64,000 nt of DNA from Octopus vulgaris. Taxonomy: Eukaryota. Under the pieces are notes generated by a model. It was not told the DNA's origin. It searched no databases and was given only the letters and a program-made list of their open reading frames with translations. Position 1 is the stretch's first letter. Every line of letters starts with the position of its first letter. A program made the position numbers and the translations under genes. This document shows positions 62,815-64,000 of this stretch, in pieces. Location: positions 159,774,001 to 159,838,000 of the forward strand of contig OX597814.1 of assembly GCA_951406725.2 (NCBI GenBank). The letters are read 5' to 3'.

Positions 62815-63022
62815 GTGAGCTGGCAGAAGTGTTAGAACATCAGGCAAAATGCTTAGTGGCATTTTGTCTGTCTTTATGTTTTAAGTTCAGATTCCACCTA
62901 GACTGATTTTACTGTCATTCTGTTGAGGTCGATAAAATAAGTACCGGCTGAGCACTGTGGTCAATGTTATTGATTTATCCACTGTTCTGAATTTGCTGCC
63001 CTTACACCAAAATTTGAAACCA
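62815..63022 (+). mobile_element. Abundant SINE copy (CpG-depleted)
   Basis: Consensus match. Confidence 0.8.
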
Positions 63023-63148
<126 letters not shown>

Positions 63149-63159
63149 TTATTTATTTA

Positions 63160-63362
63160 TTTTTTTTTATAACATGCTTTCATTCACTACCGAATGGTGC
63201 TCTGTGTGTCTTGGGTATGTACTGTGGTTTGTTGTGATGCTCTTATTGTTACTGTATTGAAAGTGTTTTATGTAGGATGTGTGCGGTGCCTAGTAGTGCT
63301 CTTTTCTGTATGTTATATATATTTGTTAGTCCTGGTGTTTTTGTTATGTATTTGTCTGAATA

Positions 63363-63368
<6 letters not shown>
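63160..63368 (-). mobile_element. 5'-truncated Dong/R4-clade LINE in (TAA)n
   Basis: Minus strand SDKYITKTPGLTNIYNIQKRALLGTAHILHKTLSIQ*, like the R4/Dong C-terminal IQK.ALLGTA.IL motif. Flanked by (ATT)n on both sides. Confidence 0.7.
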
Positions 63369-63418
<50 letters not shown>

Positions 63419-63942
63419 GAGTGAGAGAGCAGTTCATGCCATCAAAGTGACACTGGGGTAAAATATACGAAGCCCAATATACCCATCATGACTACCCGTC
63501 TGATAAGGGCACACCAGGCACATGCATCACAACCATATGTGCACGACATGGTGATCTCATATCAAGATAAACTGCACATGACCTTGCAGGTGGGGCCCAG
63601 TTAGAATTTTCTTCAGGTTGAGTAGCCCATCCCGCTCAAACGGTCCCTGAATAAGGGTTGTTTAAGGATGTTGAAAAAGCCACCCATGTCTCCAGAGGTG
63701 AATTATTCAAATCCCGAAGAATCCCTCTCAACACATGGCTATGATGCTCCCCCACTACTTCTGCTCGTGATCAGAGATGCACATATCGTCAGCCACTAAG
63801 GGACATGCTTAACTGGTTACGGTCAAACAACTGACAAGCAAATCTGTGGTATTGAGCAGAATATTTGCTGTAGCCCATCTTTTATACCAAGACAGAACAA
63901 TGTACATGATAACACTTCCAATCAGTTAAGATCAGAAGCCAT
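63419..63942 (-). mobile_element. Interspersed repeat embedded in (TAA)n, probably a retroelement 3' region
   Basis: Its terminal ~40 bp recur at 8247-8284, also inside (TAA)n. Confidence 0.55.
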
Positions 63943-64000
63943 ATTATTATTATTATTATGTTGTTGTTGTTATATTCATTAATGTTTTTTTCTTTTTTTG

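Overview
Eukaryotic, AT-rich and microsatellite-dense DNA. The repeat families and a reflectin-like motif point to a coleoid cephalopod, most likely Octopus (inference). Most ORFs in the supplied track are microsatellite artefacts. Two real genes can be reconstructed by hand on the + strand. (1) A complete transglutaminase with 16 coding exons (ATG 2515 to TAA 25010, 2889 nt, 962 aa). All splice sites are GT-AG, all exon phases are compatible, and the Cys-His-Asp triad is intact. (2) The first two coding exons of TBC1D31/WDR67 (48219-48295, 55784-55942); the rest of the gene probably lies beyond the window. The main finding is in the transglutaminase's ~250-aa Pro/Met/Asp-rich N-terminal extension, which contains a reflectin motif ([32 protein letters not shown], 3157-3252). 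The catalytic core also lacks residues equivalent to TG2 Trp241 and Tyr516 and some Ca2+ ligands. This is a candidate reflectin-tagged, atypical transglutaminase. The rest of the window is layered TE debris: Meta-, CORE- and tRNA-type SINEs; RTE, CRE-like, Dong/R4 and Penelope-like retroelements; mariner/Tc1 elements; mini-Helitrons; and many fold-back palindromes. All homology calls are from recall and visual alignment, not database searches. TE boundaries are approximate.
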